From IMG/VR virus record IMGVR_UViG_3300020440_000063, positions 1 to 28,930 of that record: a DNA stretch of 28,930 nucleotides. One strand, given 5' to 3'. The position numbers were made by a program, and so were the translations under genes. How positions within the stretch are numbered: the stretch's first letter is position 1; every line of letters starts with the position of its first letter. Below the pieces are notes generated by a model. It was not told the DNA's origin. It saw only the letters and a program-made list of their open reading frames with translations, and ran no database searches. The DNA comes from a virus (taxonomy: Duplodnaviria; Caudoviricetes). Of this stretch, positions 7,380 through 17,600 are shown in pieces.

Positions 7380-10366
7380 TGGGTGCAAACGTAAAAAAAA
7401 TAATAGAGAGTGCCTATAATGGTGTAGAAGTATTTGCTATGGCTTTACAAAATGTATCTGTAATAGCCTTATATGGTGGTCAAAATTCTGTAATAATAAG
7501 AGAAGGAAGACGTATTCGTACTAATGCAACTAGTGATTTTAGAGATGATCCTAGAAGAAATGAAATAAAATATGTTATAAAAAATATAGCAGAAAATCCT
7601 TCTTTAATTAATGTGGCAAATACACTTGAAGTTATAAACACATATGATTTTTGTAATCCCCTAAATTTTGCAATTAATAACTTATTCCCCCCCGGAAGTG
7701 AAGTAGCTAATACTTTTGATAGCATACAAATAGAAATAAATGAAGTAGTTAATTCTATTAGAAAATTTTCAATAGTAGAAAATGTTCAACAAAACATAGC
7801 AGTTTCCCCAAATGACCCCATTCCCTTTGTACTTGGTAAGATAGAATTATCTACTACAGATGAAAATAAGTTTACTAAAGGAAGTTTTGTAAGTATAACT
7901 CAAACTACGGATCCAAAGGTTACCTCTACTATGAGGGGAACTATAGATGAAGTTAGAGGAAATAATTATATTATTAATATAGAAAGCATTTCTCCACCAA
8001 TTCCACCTTTCCAAAAAGGATCTTCGGGAAATGTTTTAACAGATGATTCTGGTGAACCTATTCCTGAGGAATATTCTAATTTTATAATAGAAGGTTCAAC
8101 CCAACTTAGTAGCGATACAAGAGAATTAGCTGTTTCTTTAGATGATTTAACAAATGAATTAAGAAACATAGATATTAATACCATTAGATTACAAATAGAA
8201 ACTTTACCCTCTAGTTTACCAGGAATAGGTAATTTAAAATCTTCACTTAGAGATTTTCAAAGGATAGTTGATCAAGAAACAGGAGAAGTAGCTAACATAA
8301 CGGGAACATCTGCCCAATTTTTAGCAGGAAATATTACATCAGAAGAAGTAATAAGTAGAATAAGAAAAATAAGAGATTTTTATTACAAAATTTTACCTTA
8401 TACAGATTTAAAATTTTCATTAACAGATTTATTTAAAAAACAAATAGAAGATATAAATAGAACTTTAAGAGATGTTGTTCCTTATGATGAAATATCATTT
8501 TTAGTTCGTCAAGTATCTTATATAACTAAATTTATTCTTAGTTTAGTTAATTTTACTATTGGAATTGTTGTTACTATTAATAATATTATAAAAACTATTA
8601 ATGTTGTTCTTAAAGTTGTTAAAGTTGTTTTAAAAGTAATTAAAAAAATTATAAAAGTATTACCATTAATACCTTTTATCCCAGCGGTTGTTATACAAGC
8701 ACCAACAGATTTTATAGTTAAATTGGAAGTAGGTATACAAAGAGCATTAGATTTATTAATTAAATTAAGTAATGAACTTACTTTAGCCGAAAATTCATTA
8801 AGATTTGTAAAGTATTACTTACAAATAATATTAAAAGAAACAACTATATTAGCCTCTAAATTAGAAAGTTGTGAGGGTCTAAATAATTCTGGATTACAAG
8901 AATCATTACTTGAAGCTAATAGAAATAGTTTTTTTGCCCTACAAAATTTATTAGAAAGTATTCCAAATTTAGATAAATATGAAGCGGGACAATTTGGACA
9001 GTCTGTAGTTAATAAAACAGGTGTTAATACATTCGTAGTAATAGATGGACAAGGTACTATAATGCCCTTACCTGATAGTGTATTTGGGTTTGATGAATTT
9101 GGAAATATATTATTTTATGGGGATTTAACCTCATTATCTACAGGTGTAAGTTTTGAAGATACTTTAGGTCAAGATTTTAGAAGTAGTCTTAATTATTATA
9201 CTTTTAATAAGTTTGAAGCTGCAAAACATGGCCCACTAATTCAATCTGCAGATAATTTATACCTTGAAAACCAAACAATAGCAGATCCAGAAGATGCTTT
9301 TGGTAACTTTCAAGAAGTATATTTAGGATATACCCTTAAAATACAAGAAGATAAACCTATAGATAAAAATGAACAAACTCTTCTTAGAAGAAGAGGAATA
9401 GCATTAGATTCAAACAATAATATAATAGTTGCTACTGATTTAACTTTTTCGGATGATTTAGAGGGAATAATTAATGAATTAAAATATAGGATAGATGTTA
9501 GAGTTCAAGAGGGAATAATTGGAGTTAATACTACTGATAAGCTCGCTAATGAAATAACTGATTCTGATGCCCAAAATATAGCTACGGATATTGGTGTTAA
9601 TCAATTAGAATTAAATAATATTAAATCCGAAGCTAATAATAGGGCAAATAATAATATATCATCAGGTAATGCTGGAAACTCAATTGAAGGTAAACCTATT
9701 GATCCAAATACACCTATAGAAACAAGGATTGGTGGTCAACCATTCCAACAGGACCAATCAATGGGTGGAGGAGATATTACTAGTGTTAGCAATATTCAAG
9801 ATAAAGAATCATCGGGTAGAATTATTGATACAACTTCTTTAATTGATTCAATTGTAAAAGAACAACAAGAAAATGACCCTAGAATAAAGGCAATTTCAGA
9901 TACATTAAAAACACTAAACTCTGTGGATTCTAAAACATTAAGTGATCTTTTAAAATCTCCAAATTCACAAAATTTGTCTGATGAAGAATTATTTAGTACA
10001 TTAAAAGAACAAGTATTAAGTTCTTTTGATCCTAATCCTGCTAAAATAGACGAAGTTAGGAAGAAAACAGAACAGTGGTATGAAGGTTTAAGAAATTCTA
10101 CTAGATTAGACTGGGAACAATTAACCCTAAATTATAGACCACCTCAAAGACCAGCCCCACCAAGCTATGAAGATTACTTTACTGAAGTTGAACAAGAAGC
10201 TTTGCCAAAATGGATTAAAACTTTATTAAGATCAGGATATACTGAAAATGAAATTCAAATTGGTATTGATAACGTTTCAATTAGGGATAAATATACTCTT
10301 AAAATTGGACCAGAACCATCTAAAGTTAAAGTAACATTACGTCCAGCATTTAGAAGAAAAAGATAA
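7379..10366 (+). CDS. Large putative virion protein of unknown function (995 aa) with a long hydrophobic/amphipathic segment
   Basis: Long ORF coupled (TAATG) to the spike gene; hydrophobic stretch FILSLVNFTIGIVVTINNIIKTINVVLKVVKVVLKVIKKIIKVLPLIPFIPAVVI flanked by helical regions. Confidence 0.7.
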   Translation: MGANVKKIIESAYNGVEVFAMALQNVSVIALYGGQNSVIIREGRRIRTNATSDFRDDPRRNEIKYVIKNIAENPSLINVANTLEVINTYDFCNPLNFAINNLFPPGSEVANTFDSIQIEINEVVNSIRKFSIVENVQQNIAVSPNDPIPFVLGKIELSTTDENKFTKGSFVSITQTTDPKVTSTMRGTIDEVRGNNYIINIESISPPIPPFQKGSSGNVLTDDSGEPIPEEYSNFIIEGSTQLSSDTRELAVSLDDLTNELRNIDINTIRLQIETLPSSLPGIGNLKSSLRDFQRIVDQETGEVANITGTSAQFLAGNITSEEVISRIRKIRDFYYKILPYTDLKFSLTDLFKKQIEDINRTLRDVVPYDEISFLVRQVSYITKFILSLVNFTIGIVVTINNIIKTINVVLKVVKVVLKVIKKIIKVLPLIPFIPAVVIQAPTDFIVKLEVGIQRALDLLIKLSNELTLAENSLRFVKYYLQIILKETTILASKLESCEGLNNSGLQESLLEANRNSFFALQNLLESIPNLDKYEAGQFGQSVVNKTGVNTFVVIDGQGTIMPLPDSVFGFDEFGNILFYGDLTSLSTGVSFEDTLGQDFRSSLNYYTFNKFEAAKHGPLIQSADNLYLENQTIADPEDAFGNFQEVYLGYTLKIQEDKPIDKNEQTLLRRRGIALDSNNNIIVATDLTFSDDLEGIINELKYRIDVRVQEGIIGVNTTDKLANEITDSDAQNIATDIGVNQLELNNIKSEANNRANNNISSGNAGNSIEGKPIDPNTPIETRIGGQPFQQDQSMGGGDITSVSNIQDKESSGRIIDTTSLIDSIVKEQQENDPRIKAISDTLKTLNSVDSKTLSDLLKSPNSQNLSDEELFSTLKEQVLSSFDPNPAKIDEVRKKTEQWYEGLRNSTRLDWEQLTLNYRPPQRPAPPSYEDYFTEVEQEALPKWIKTLLRSGYTENEIQIGIDNVSIRDKYTLKIGPEPSKVKVTLRPAFRRKR

Positions 10367-10368
10367 TA

Positions 10369-10382
10369 TATAAATATTTATA
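10369..10382. promoter_or_regulatory. Candidate late promoter; perfect palindrome TATAAATATTTATA containing both TATAAATA and ATATTTATA
   Basis: Occupies most of the 19-nt gap before ATG 10386. Confidence 0.5.
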
Positions 10383-10385
10383 ATC

Positions 10386-10862
10386 ATGAAAATAGAAGCT
10401 TTTAGAAAAATAATTAGAGAGGAAGTAAGAGATGTAATTAAAGAGGAATTATCTTTAATTATGCAAACTCCTATCACTGAAACTAAAACAGTTCAGAAGC
10501 CGGTTGTAGAACAAAAAACAAAAACAAACTCGTTATCTGAATTAATTGAGGAAAAACCTCGACAACCACAACAACCTTCAAAACCAACAAAACCTTTATT
10601 TGAAGGTGTTGGTGCAATAGCGGATGTTTTAAATCAAACCCACGCTGAAGGTGGTTGGAGAAACCTTAACGGAGGAATGACAGCACAAGATGCTGTAGGA
10701 TTTTCAGGAGGTATGCCTGGAGAAGCTACTAAAGTAGTCCAATCAGCAGATGATATGTTAGCATCAGCACCAAAAACAACAGATATGAATCAAGTAAAAA
10801 TTGATGCCGTACCTGATTTTAGTGGGTTAATGAGTACTTTAAAAGACCAAGGTAAATTATAA
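10386..10862 (+). CDS. Hypothetical late protein with N-terminal 'RKIIREEV..VIKEEL' motif
   Basis: 158 aa; amphipathic N-terminal helix followed by a low-complexity linker. Confidence 0.7.
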   Translation: MKIEAFRKIIREEVRDVIKEELSLIMQTPITETKTVQKPVVEQKTKTNSLSELIEEKPRQPQQPSKPTKPLFEGVGAIADVLNQTHAEGGWRNLNGGMTAQDAVGFSGGMPGEATKVVQSADDMLASAPKTTDMNQVKIDAVPDFSGLMSTLKDQGKL

Positions 10863-11275
10863 TGACTTATATAGTTAGAAATGTAGATGTTTTAGATACT
10901 AAGCCTAGCACAGGTGTTGGTATAAAGGTACCTTTTGATGGACCAACAGGTATAAACACTACATATACAACTAAAGAAGCTATAAAGTCAAATTTATTAA
11001 ACTTTATTTTAACAGGTAAAAGAGAGAGGGTATTTAATCCAAGTTTTGGTTCGGGAGTAAGAGAATTGCTATTCGAACCTATAACAGAAGATATAATTGA
11101 TCAAATAGATAATTTAATTAGAGGAGGAGTAGAATCATATTTTCCCACAGTTGAAATAAGAGAACTAGAAGTAACCTTACAACCTGATAGTCATACTTTT
11201 AACATATATTTAAATTATTCTGTTATCAATACTAATATTGAAGATGAATTACAAATAAACTTAAATAATGGCTGA
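10862..11275 (+). CDS. gp25: Baseplate wedge subunit, gp25/GPW family
   Basis: AIKSNLLNFILTGKRERVFNPSFGSGVRELLFEP ... IRGGVESYFPTVEI: canonical gp25 signature. Confidence 0.9.
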   Translation: MTYIVRNVDVLDTKPSTGVGIKVPFDGPTGINTTYTTKEAIKSNLLNFILTGKRERVFNPSFGSGVRELLFEPITEDIIDQIDNLIRGGVESYFPTVEIRELEVTLQPDSHTFNIYLNYSVINTNIEDELQINLNNG

Positions 11276-13139
11276 GAGTAAACAAATACAATATTTAAAT
11301 AAAGACTTTGACGGGTTCAAACAAAAACTACTTGAATTTGCTCAAATATATTACCCTGATACCTACAATGACTTCTCAGATACATCAGCTGGTTTAATGT
11401 TAATTGAAATGGCCGCTTATGTAGGTGATGTTTTAGCATACTATGGTGATAATCAAGTTCAAGAAAACTTTGTAGAATTTGCTAAACAAAGAGATAATTT
11501 GTTATCTTTAGCTTATACACATGGATATTTCCCACAAGTAACAACGGCTGCAACTACAGATGTTGATATATTCCAATTACTACCATCTACAACTGAATTT
11601 GGACAAGTAAAACCAGACTATAATTATGCTATGATTTTAGCTAATGGTGCCCAAATCCAATCATCAAATGATAGTAGTGTTTTCTTTTATATAGAAGATC
11701 AAGTCAATTTTACTACATCTGGTAGTTTTGACCCTACAACTCTATCAGTTTACTCTGTAGATAGTTCAAATAATCCTAATTTTTATTTACTTAAGAAAAA
11801 AGCTAAGGCATCGGCAGGTACTTTAAAATCATCTGCTTTTACTTTTACTACACCTGAAAAATTTGCAACTATACAAATACAAGACACAAACATAATAGAG
11901 ATAGTTAAAATTACAGATAGTGATGGTAATATTTACCATGAAGTTCCTTATTTAGCACAAGAAACAATTTTTGATTCTGTAACTAATATAGCTTCTAATG
12001 ATCCTACTTTAGCACAATATAATGAAACTACACCTTATTTACTTAAAACTAAAAAGGTACCTCGTAGATTCATAAAAAGATTCAAATCAGATAACACCTT
12101 AGAAATACAATTTGGACCAGGTGTGTCATCTAATCCAGATGAAATTATAACACCTAATTCAGATAATATAGGTTTAGGATTACCTTATGGAACAGATAAA
12201 TTAACTACGGCTTGGGATCCAGCTAACTTTACTTATACTAAAACTTATGGTTTGGCACCTTCAAATACTACTTTAACAGTAGAATATTTAGTAGGAGGAG
12301 GAGCTACATCTAATGTTTCAGTTCAATCTTTAACCATACTAAGTTCTGGTTCTGTTAGTTTCTTTGGATCAGGATTAGATTCTACACTTCAAGAGACAGT
12401 TAGTGGTTCATTAGCATTCTCAAATGCTGAAGCGGCTACAGGAGGAGGAGATGGAGACACAAATGAAGATATAAGAAGAAAATCAATAGCACAATATCCA
12501 ACACAATTAAGAACTGTAACTAAAGATGATTATGCTATTAGGTGTTTGTCTTTACCTTCAAAATACGGTAAAGTATCTAAAGTATACGTAACACAAGAAA
12601 ATAGTGATTCTATTAGAAATGATGAGGAAAGATATGATACAAACACTTTATCATTATATGTTTTATCTCAAAATACAACAAATGATTTAGTAGTAGCAGA
12701 TCCTGCTTTAAAAGAAAATTTAAGAGTATTTTTAGCAGAATATAGAATGTTAACAGATGCTATTAGAATAAAAGATGCTTTTATTATTAATATAGGTATT
12801 AATTTTGATGTAATTTTATTACCTAATTTTAATGTTCAAACAGTATTAAATGCCTGTATACAAGCAATAAAAGATTATTTTGATATAGATAAATGGCAAA
12901 TAAATCAACCTATTTTAATTAATAATGTTAGAAATGTAATTGATCAAGTTGATGGAGTTCAAACAGTTAAAAAATTAGAATTTGTAAATAAAGTAGGAGA
13001 ATCTGATGGATACTCAAAATTAGCATATGACATTAAAGGTGCTACAATAAATGAAGTATTATATCCATCTTTAGATCCATCTATTTTTGAATTAAAATAC
13101 CCTGATACAGATATACAAGGAAGAGTAGTAACAAACTAA
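11268..13139 (+). CDS. gp6: Baseplate wedge protein gp6 / baseplate J-like
   Basis: DFDGFKQKL..., DFSDTSAGLMLIEMAAYVGDVLAYY, IQFGPGV, YLVGGGATSNV, ATGGGDGDTNEDIR, QLRTVTKDDY; follows gp25. Confidence 0.9.
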   Translation: MAESKQIQYLNKDFDGFKQKLLEFAQIYYPDTYNDFSDTSAGLMLIEMAAYVGDVLAYYGDNQVQENFVEFAKQRDNLLSLAYTHGYFPQVTTAATTDVDIFQLLPSTTEFGQVKPDYNYAMILANGAQIQSSNDSSVFFYIEDQVNFTTSGSFDPTTLSVYSVDSSNNPNFYLLKKKAKASAGTLKSSAFTFTTPEKFATIQIQDTNIIEIVKITDSDGNIYHEVPYLAQETIFDSVTNIASNDPTLAQYNETTPYLLKTKKVPRRFIKRFKSDNTLEIQFGPGVSSNPDEIITPNSDNIGLGLPYGTDKLTTAWDPANFTYTKTYGLAPSNTTLTVEYLVGGGATSNVSVQSLTILSSGSVSFFGSGLDSTLQETVSGSLAFSNAEAATGGGDGDTNEDIRRKSIAQYPTQLRTVTKDDYAIRCLSLPSKYGKVSKVYVTQENSDSIRNDEERYDTNTLSLYVLSQNTTNDLVVADPALKENLRVFLAEYRMLTDAIRIKDAFIINIGINFDVILLPNFNVQTVLNACIQAIKDYFDIDKWQINQPILINNVRNVIDQVDGVQTVKKLEFVNKVGESDGYSKLAYDIKGATINEVLYPSLDPSIFELKYPDTDIQGRVVTN

Positions 13140-13145
13140 TAAACA

Positions 13146-14267
13146 ATGGCAGTATATAAAATATTCCCCGAAAAAGATACATTTATTTTATCTAAATTTC
13201 CTGCTCAAAATACAGGTAGAGATGAAATATTAGAAGTTACTAATGAAAACGGTATCAACATAAACTCATCAGCACAAGGTGATCTACCTGCTGTTAAACG
13301 TACTTTAGTACAATTTAAAACAACAGATATTAGTAATGTTATAAGCAATAAAATTGGTAGTAATAATTATAGTGCTAGTTTAAATTTATATTTGGCTACA
13401 GCTGAAAATGCTCCTTTAAATTACACTATATATGCTTATCCTATTTCAGGAGCCTGGGATATGGGAACTGGAAGAGTAAGTGATAATCCTAAAACTGAAG
13501 ATGGATGTTCTTGGGGGTGGAGAGGAACCTCAGGTTCAAACGCCTGGACAACAACAGGCTTTGCTGATTTTGTAACAGGTTCGTATTCTGGTAGTACAAC
13601 TGGGGGAGGTACTTGGTATACAGGTTCAACAACAGTAAATCCTGAAGCATCACAATCCTTTTTATATACTAGCGATAAAGACATTTCTATGAATGTAACT
13701 AATGCAGTTAAGTTATGGAATGCAGCTAGTTTTTCAAATAATGGATTTATAGTAAAACTGGAAGATAGTATTGAATTTGCATCTGATTATGTACAAACAA
13801 GTTACTTTTCAGTAGATACCCACACAATCTATCCACCAGATTTAGAATTTAAATGGGATGATTCATCTTATGATACACCTTTAACTACTGTAACATCAAG
13901 TGATTTTATAGTTTCTTTTACTAATATAAAAGAAGAATTTGAAGATAGTGCTATATATGATTTTAAATTAAAAGCAAGAGATACATACCCTACAAGAGTA
14001 TTTCAAACATCATCTATATATTTAAACACTAAAGTATTACCTACATCTTCATATTGGGGGTTAAAAGATGTTAAAACTGGAGAAATGGTTGTTGATTTTG
14101 ATACATCATACACTAAAATAAGTGCTAACAGCGGTAGCAATTATTTTACAGTTTATATGGATGGGTTAGAACCAGAAAGATATTATCAATTAATGGTAAA
14201 AACTATTATTGGAGATGAAACTCTAATAATTGATAATAAAGAAAATTATTTTAAAGTAGTTAGATAA
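13146..14267 (+). CDS. Virion protein with DNRLRE/CBM96-like beta-sandwich plus Ig-like C-terminus
   Basis: KDTFILSKFPAQNTG.DEILEV, RTLVQF, SASLNLY, AYPISGAWDMG, MNVTNAVKLW...NNGFIVK, PDLEFKW match the DNRLRE-type pattern. Confidence 0.6.
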   Translation: MAVYKIFPEKDTFILSKFPAQNTGRDEILEVTNENGININSSAQGDLPAVKRTLVQFKTTDISNVISNKIGSNNYSASLNLYLATAENAPLNYTIYAYPISGAWDMGTGRVSDNPKTEDGCSWGWRGTSGSNAWTTTGFADFVTGSYSGSTTGGGTWYTGSTTVNPEASQSFLYTSDKDISMNVTNAVKLWNAASFSNNGFIVKLEDSIEFASDYVQTSYFSVDTHTIYPPDLEFKWDDSSYDTPLTTVTSSDFIVSFTNIKEEFEDSAIYDFKLKARDTYPTRVFQTSSIYLNTKVLPTSSYWGLKDVKTGEMVVDFDTSYTKISANSGSNYFTVYMDGLEPERYYQLMVKTIIGDETLIIDNKENYFKVVR

Positions 14268-14611
14268 TGGCTAGGCAAGAAGTAAAACTTAATAAACAGG
14301 TATTTGGAAAGATATCTTATCCTAAAGTTATTGATACTGAATTTAAACAATTAGTTAAACCTGAAGAGGTTTTACAAATTGAAGAACCAATAACTACAGC
14401 GGAATTTTTTGCTGAATATGATAGATTATTTTTTGAAATTCCTCAACAAGGAGCCGGCTCACATGATGAGTTAGTCAAAAGAAGTTCTGCCTATATAGGT
14501 GTAACAGGACAATCTGAACAAATCCAAGCATTACTAAACGAAATAAACGAATTAAGAGCACAACTACTATCAGCTCAACAGGAGATAGTTAACTTAAGTA
14601 CTAGTATATAA
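14267..14611 (+). CDS. Small baseplate-region protein with C-terminal coiled coil
   Basis: 114 aa; IQALLNEINELRAQLLSAQQEI heptads; coupled on both sides by TAATG. Confidence 0.7.
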   Translation: MARQEVKLNKQVFGKISYPKVIDTEFKQLVKPEEVLQIEEPITTAEFFAEYDRLFFEIPQQGAGSHDELVKRSSAYIGVTGQSEQIQALLNEINELRAQLLSAQQEIVNLSTSI

Positions 14612-17600
14612 TGGCAGAAGAAATAAGTATTTCTAGTGTTTCAGCTAGTTCTCTAGAAACTCAAGTATATTCTACACAGGACATAGAATTACTAAATGAG
14701 TTTGAATTAAATAGGGAATTTGGATCAGAACAAGATATAGTAGAATATCATATATTTTCTGCTACAAATGAACTTTTATCCTCAAGCTACGATTTTAAAA
14801 ATTATTCAACACTAGTTACTAATCCTTCAAGTTCTTTATATAATACTCTTTACATTGATCCTGATCAGGACTTACAAAATGCAGGATTTAATTTAGGTGA
14901 ATATAATGTTCTTTACAATTTTTATAGACCTTTATTTTTAAGTAATAAAGATGAAAAATATTTTATAAAAGAAATATCTTCAGATAGAACAGAGATAAAA
15001 ATTACTACTAATAATTTATCTTATAATGCTGTAGGAACATCTTTCTTTAATTATATTACTTCTAAAACAGGTAAAAGTTTTTATTCCGATCTATTATTAA
15101 ATTTTGGTGATAATAATACTTTAATAGGAGTAAATACATTATTAGATACTGAAGATCAAACCCAACCTGGTATATTTGTAAAACTATATGAACCTTTACC
15201 TTCATCATATAATGTTTTAGATCAACTGTGGATAGTAGAAGAAGTTTCTGATCCAATAAGCTTCCAAGTAAATATTCAATTTACAGCTGAAGAAACTCAA
15301 CAATTAGAATATTTAAGGGGTCCTAATACTAACATTGATTTAAATGAATTAACTAATACCCCTACAAAATATTTTAATACAAACGAACTATTAGATACTG
15401 TTTTAACATCTTCGTATCAACAAGTACAATCTGTATTAGAAGAAAAAGGTATTGAAATTAATATTGATTACACAGATTATAATAATTTTATACATTTTGG
15501 GTCTGCTTATGATAGATTAGCTAATTTTAAACATAAATTAACTCAAATTCAATCTTATCAAAGTGATATTAATACTTTAAAAGGTTTAGATCCATTAACT
15601 GACCAAACAGTAATTTCGGCATCTGAAGCAACATTACAAGAAAATATTGATACATTAATAGAACAATTTGATGGGTATGAATATTTTTTATACTTTGAAT
15701 CTGGAAGTAAATCATGGCCTAAATCAAACCAATATCCACCTTATAATAATTACTCTGTATCCTCAGATTCAGCCTCTGTATGGTATGGGTCAGAGGATGA
15801 AAATAATGAATATTTTGGAGGTCAATTACTATCAGCTTCTTTATACGACGATGACAATCAAAATTATGTGTGGAATACACTTCCGGTATATGTTCAAGAA
15901 GATGTTCAAAACCAAAACTTAGCGTTGTTAGTATCAATGTTAGGACAAAGCTTTGATACTACCTGGACTTATACAAGAGCTATTACTGATATAAAAGATG
16001 CTGATAATAGAATTGATAGTGGTATTTCAAAAGATATAGTAGCAGATACTTTACGTTCTTTAGGAATTAAATTGTATACCACTAATAGAACAAACCAAGA
16101 TGTATTTACAACCCTATTAGGTATTACACCTTCAGGATCATTAGTTCCTGAAACAGGATCCTTAAGAGTAGAAACGTATATCTCTGCCTCAAATGAAGTT
16201 ACTCCTTATGGCGATATAAATAAAGAAGTATATAAAAGAATTTATCATAATTTACCTTATTTATTAAAAACTAAAGGATCATATAGAGGTTTAAGGGCAC
16301 TTTTAAACTGTTTTGGTATTGAAGATACTATTTTAAGAATACATGAATATGGGGGTATTGAAAAAAATATTCAACAAATAACCCAATTTTATGAAAATCA
16401 TGTTTATGCATTAGACACCAGACAATCTAGTTCAGTTGAGGTACCGTGGCTACCGGCTATAATGCCCATGGTAGGAGAGCATTGGGAAGATATAGATCAA
16501 GATTGGAATAATATTGAAGGTTGGTGGAATGGAGTACTAGCAGAAGATCAAGTACCTGATACAGTTCAATTTAGATTTAAACCATCTAGTATACCTTCTG
16601 CATCTTACGCCACACAATCCTTATTCCAAATAAACACAGGGAGTGCTACCCAATTTGGAATTCAATTAAGACATACATCCGCCTCATATGGTGAGATGAA
16701 ATTCATATTATCTGGATCACAAGGATATGTTACTAGTAGTCCCATGCTTCAACCTTTCTTTACAGGAGGTTTTTGGGATGTAATGTTAAGAAGAGATCCT
16801 GGTAAATTAAATTTAAACCAAACAGGATCAATAGATGTTAATTATGAACTAGTAACTAAAAATAGTAAATTTGATGGAGATAATGCATTTATACAGTACC
16901 AAGATTCTTCAAGTTTATTTATATCTAGTTCAACCTCCGCTTCATATAATGAAGCTTGGAGTACATATACTTTCACTTCGGGAAATACCTATTTATTAGG
17001 TTATTTAGGAGGAACAGGAAGTAATAATGTAATAGCACCCGATAATGTTATTTTTGATGGTGAGTTTCAAGAATTTAGATATTGGATAACTAATTTATCA
17101 CAATCTATTTTTGATCAACATGTATTAAATCCTACTTCTTATGCTGATAATGATATAACCTCATCCTATTATAATTTAGTTTATAGACTACCTTTAGGAA
17201 ACTATGATCAAATATCTGGTTCAGATGGGGATAACAAAATAACCTCAGTACACCCAATGGTTACCGGATCTTATGCTCCTACAGGATCATTCCTAGGTAC
17301 TGGGTCATCAACAGTAAACTTTGCTATTATAAATAATTTTACTACTAACAGTTTTAAATCTGAAAGTAGAGTAGATGTTATACAAGGACCAGATAATGGA
17401 GGATTTGCTCAAAATGAAAATAAAATTAGGGTGTCAAATAATGAAATAATATCAGGATCAACTTTATCACCTTATGTTTCAGTACAAATAAATCAGTTAA
17501 GCAGTTCAGTCATTGATTTTACACCTGATTTGGATATTGCTGAGATTGCTATTTCCCCTCAAAATAGTATTAATCAGGATATTATAAATCAATTTGGTTG

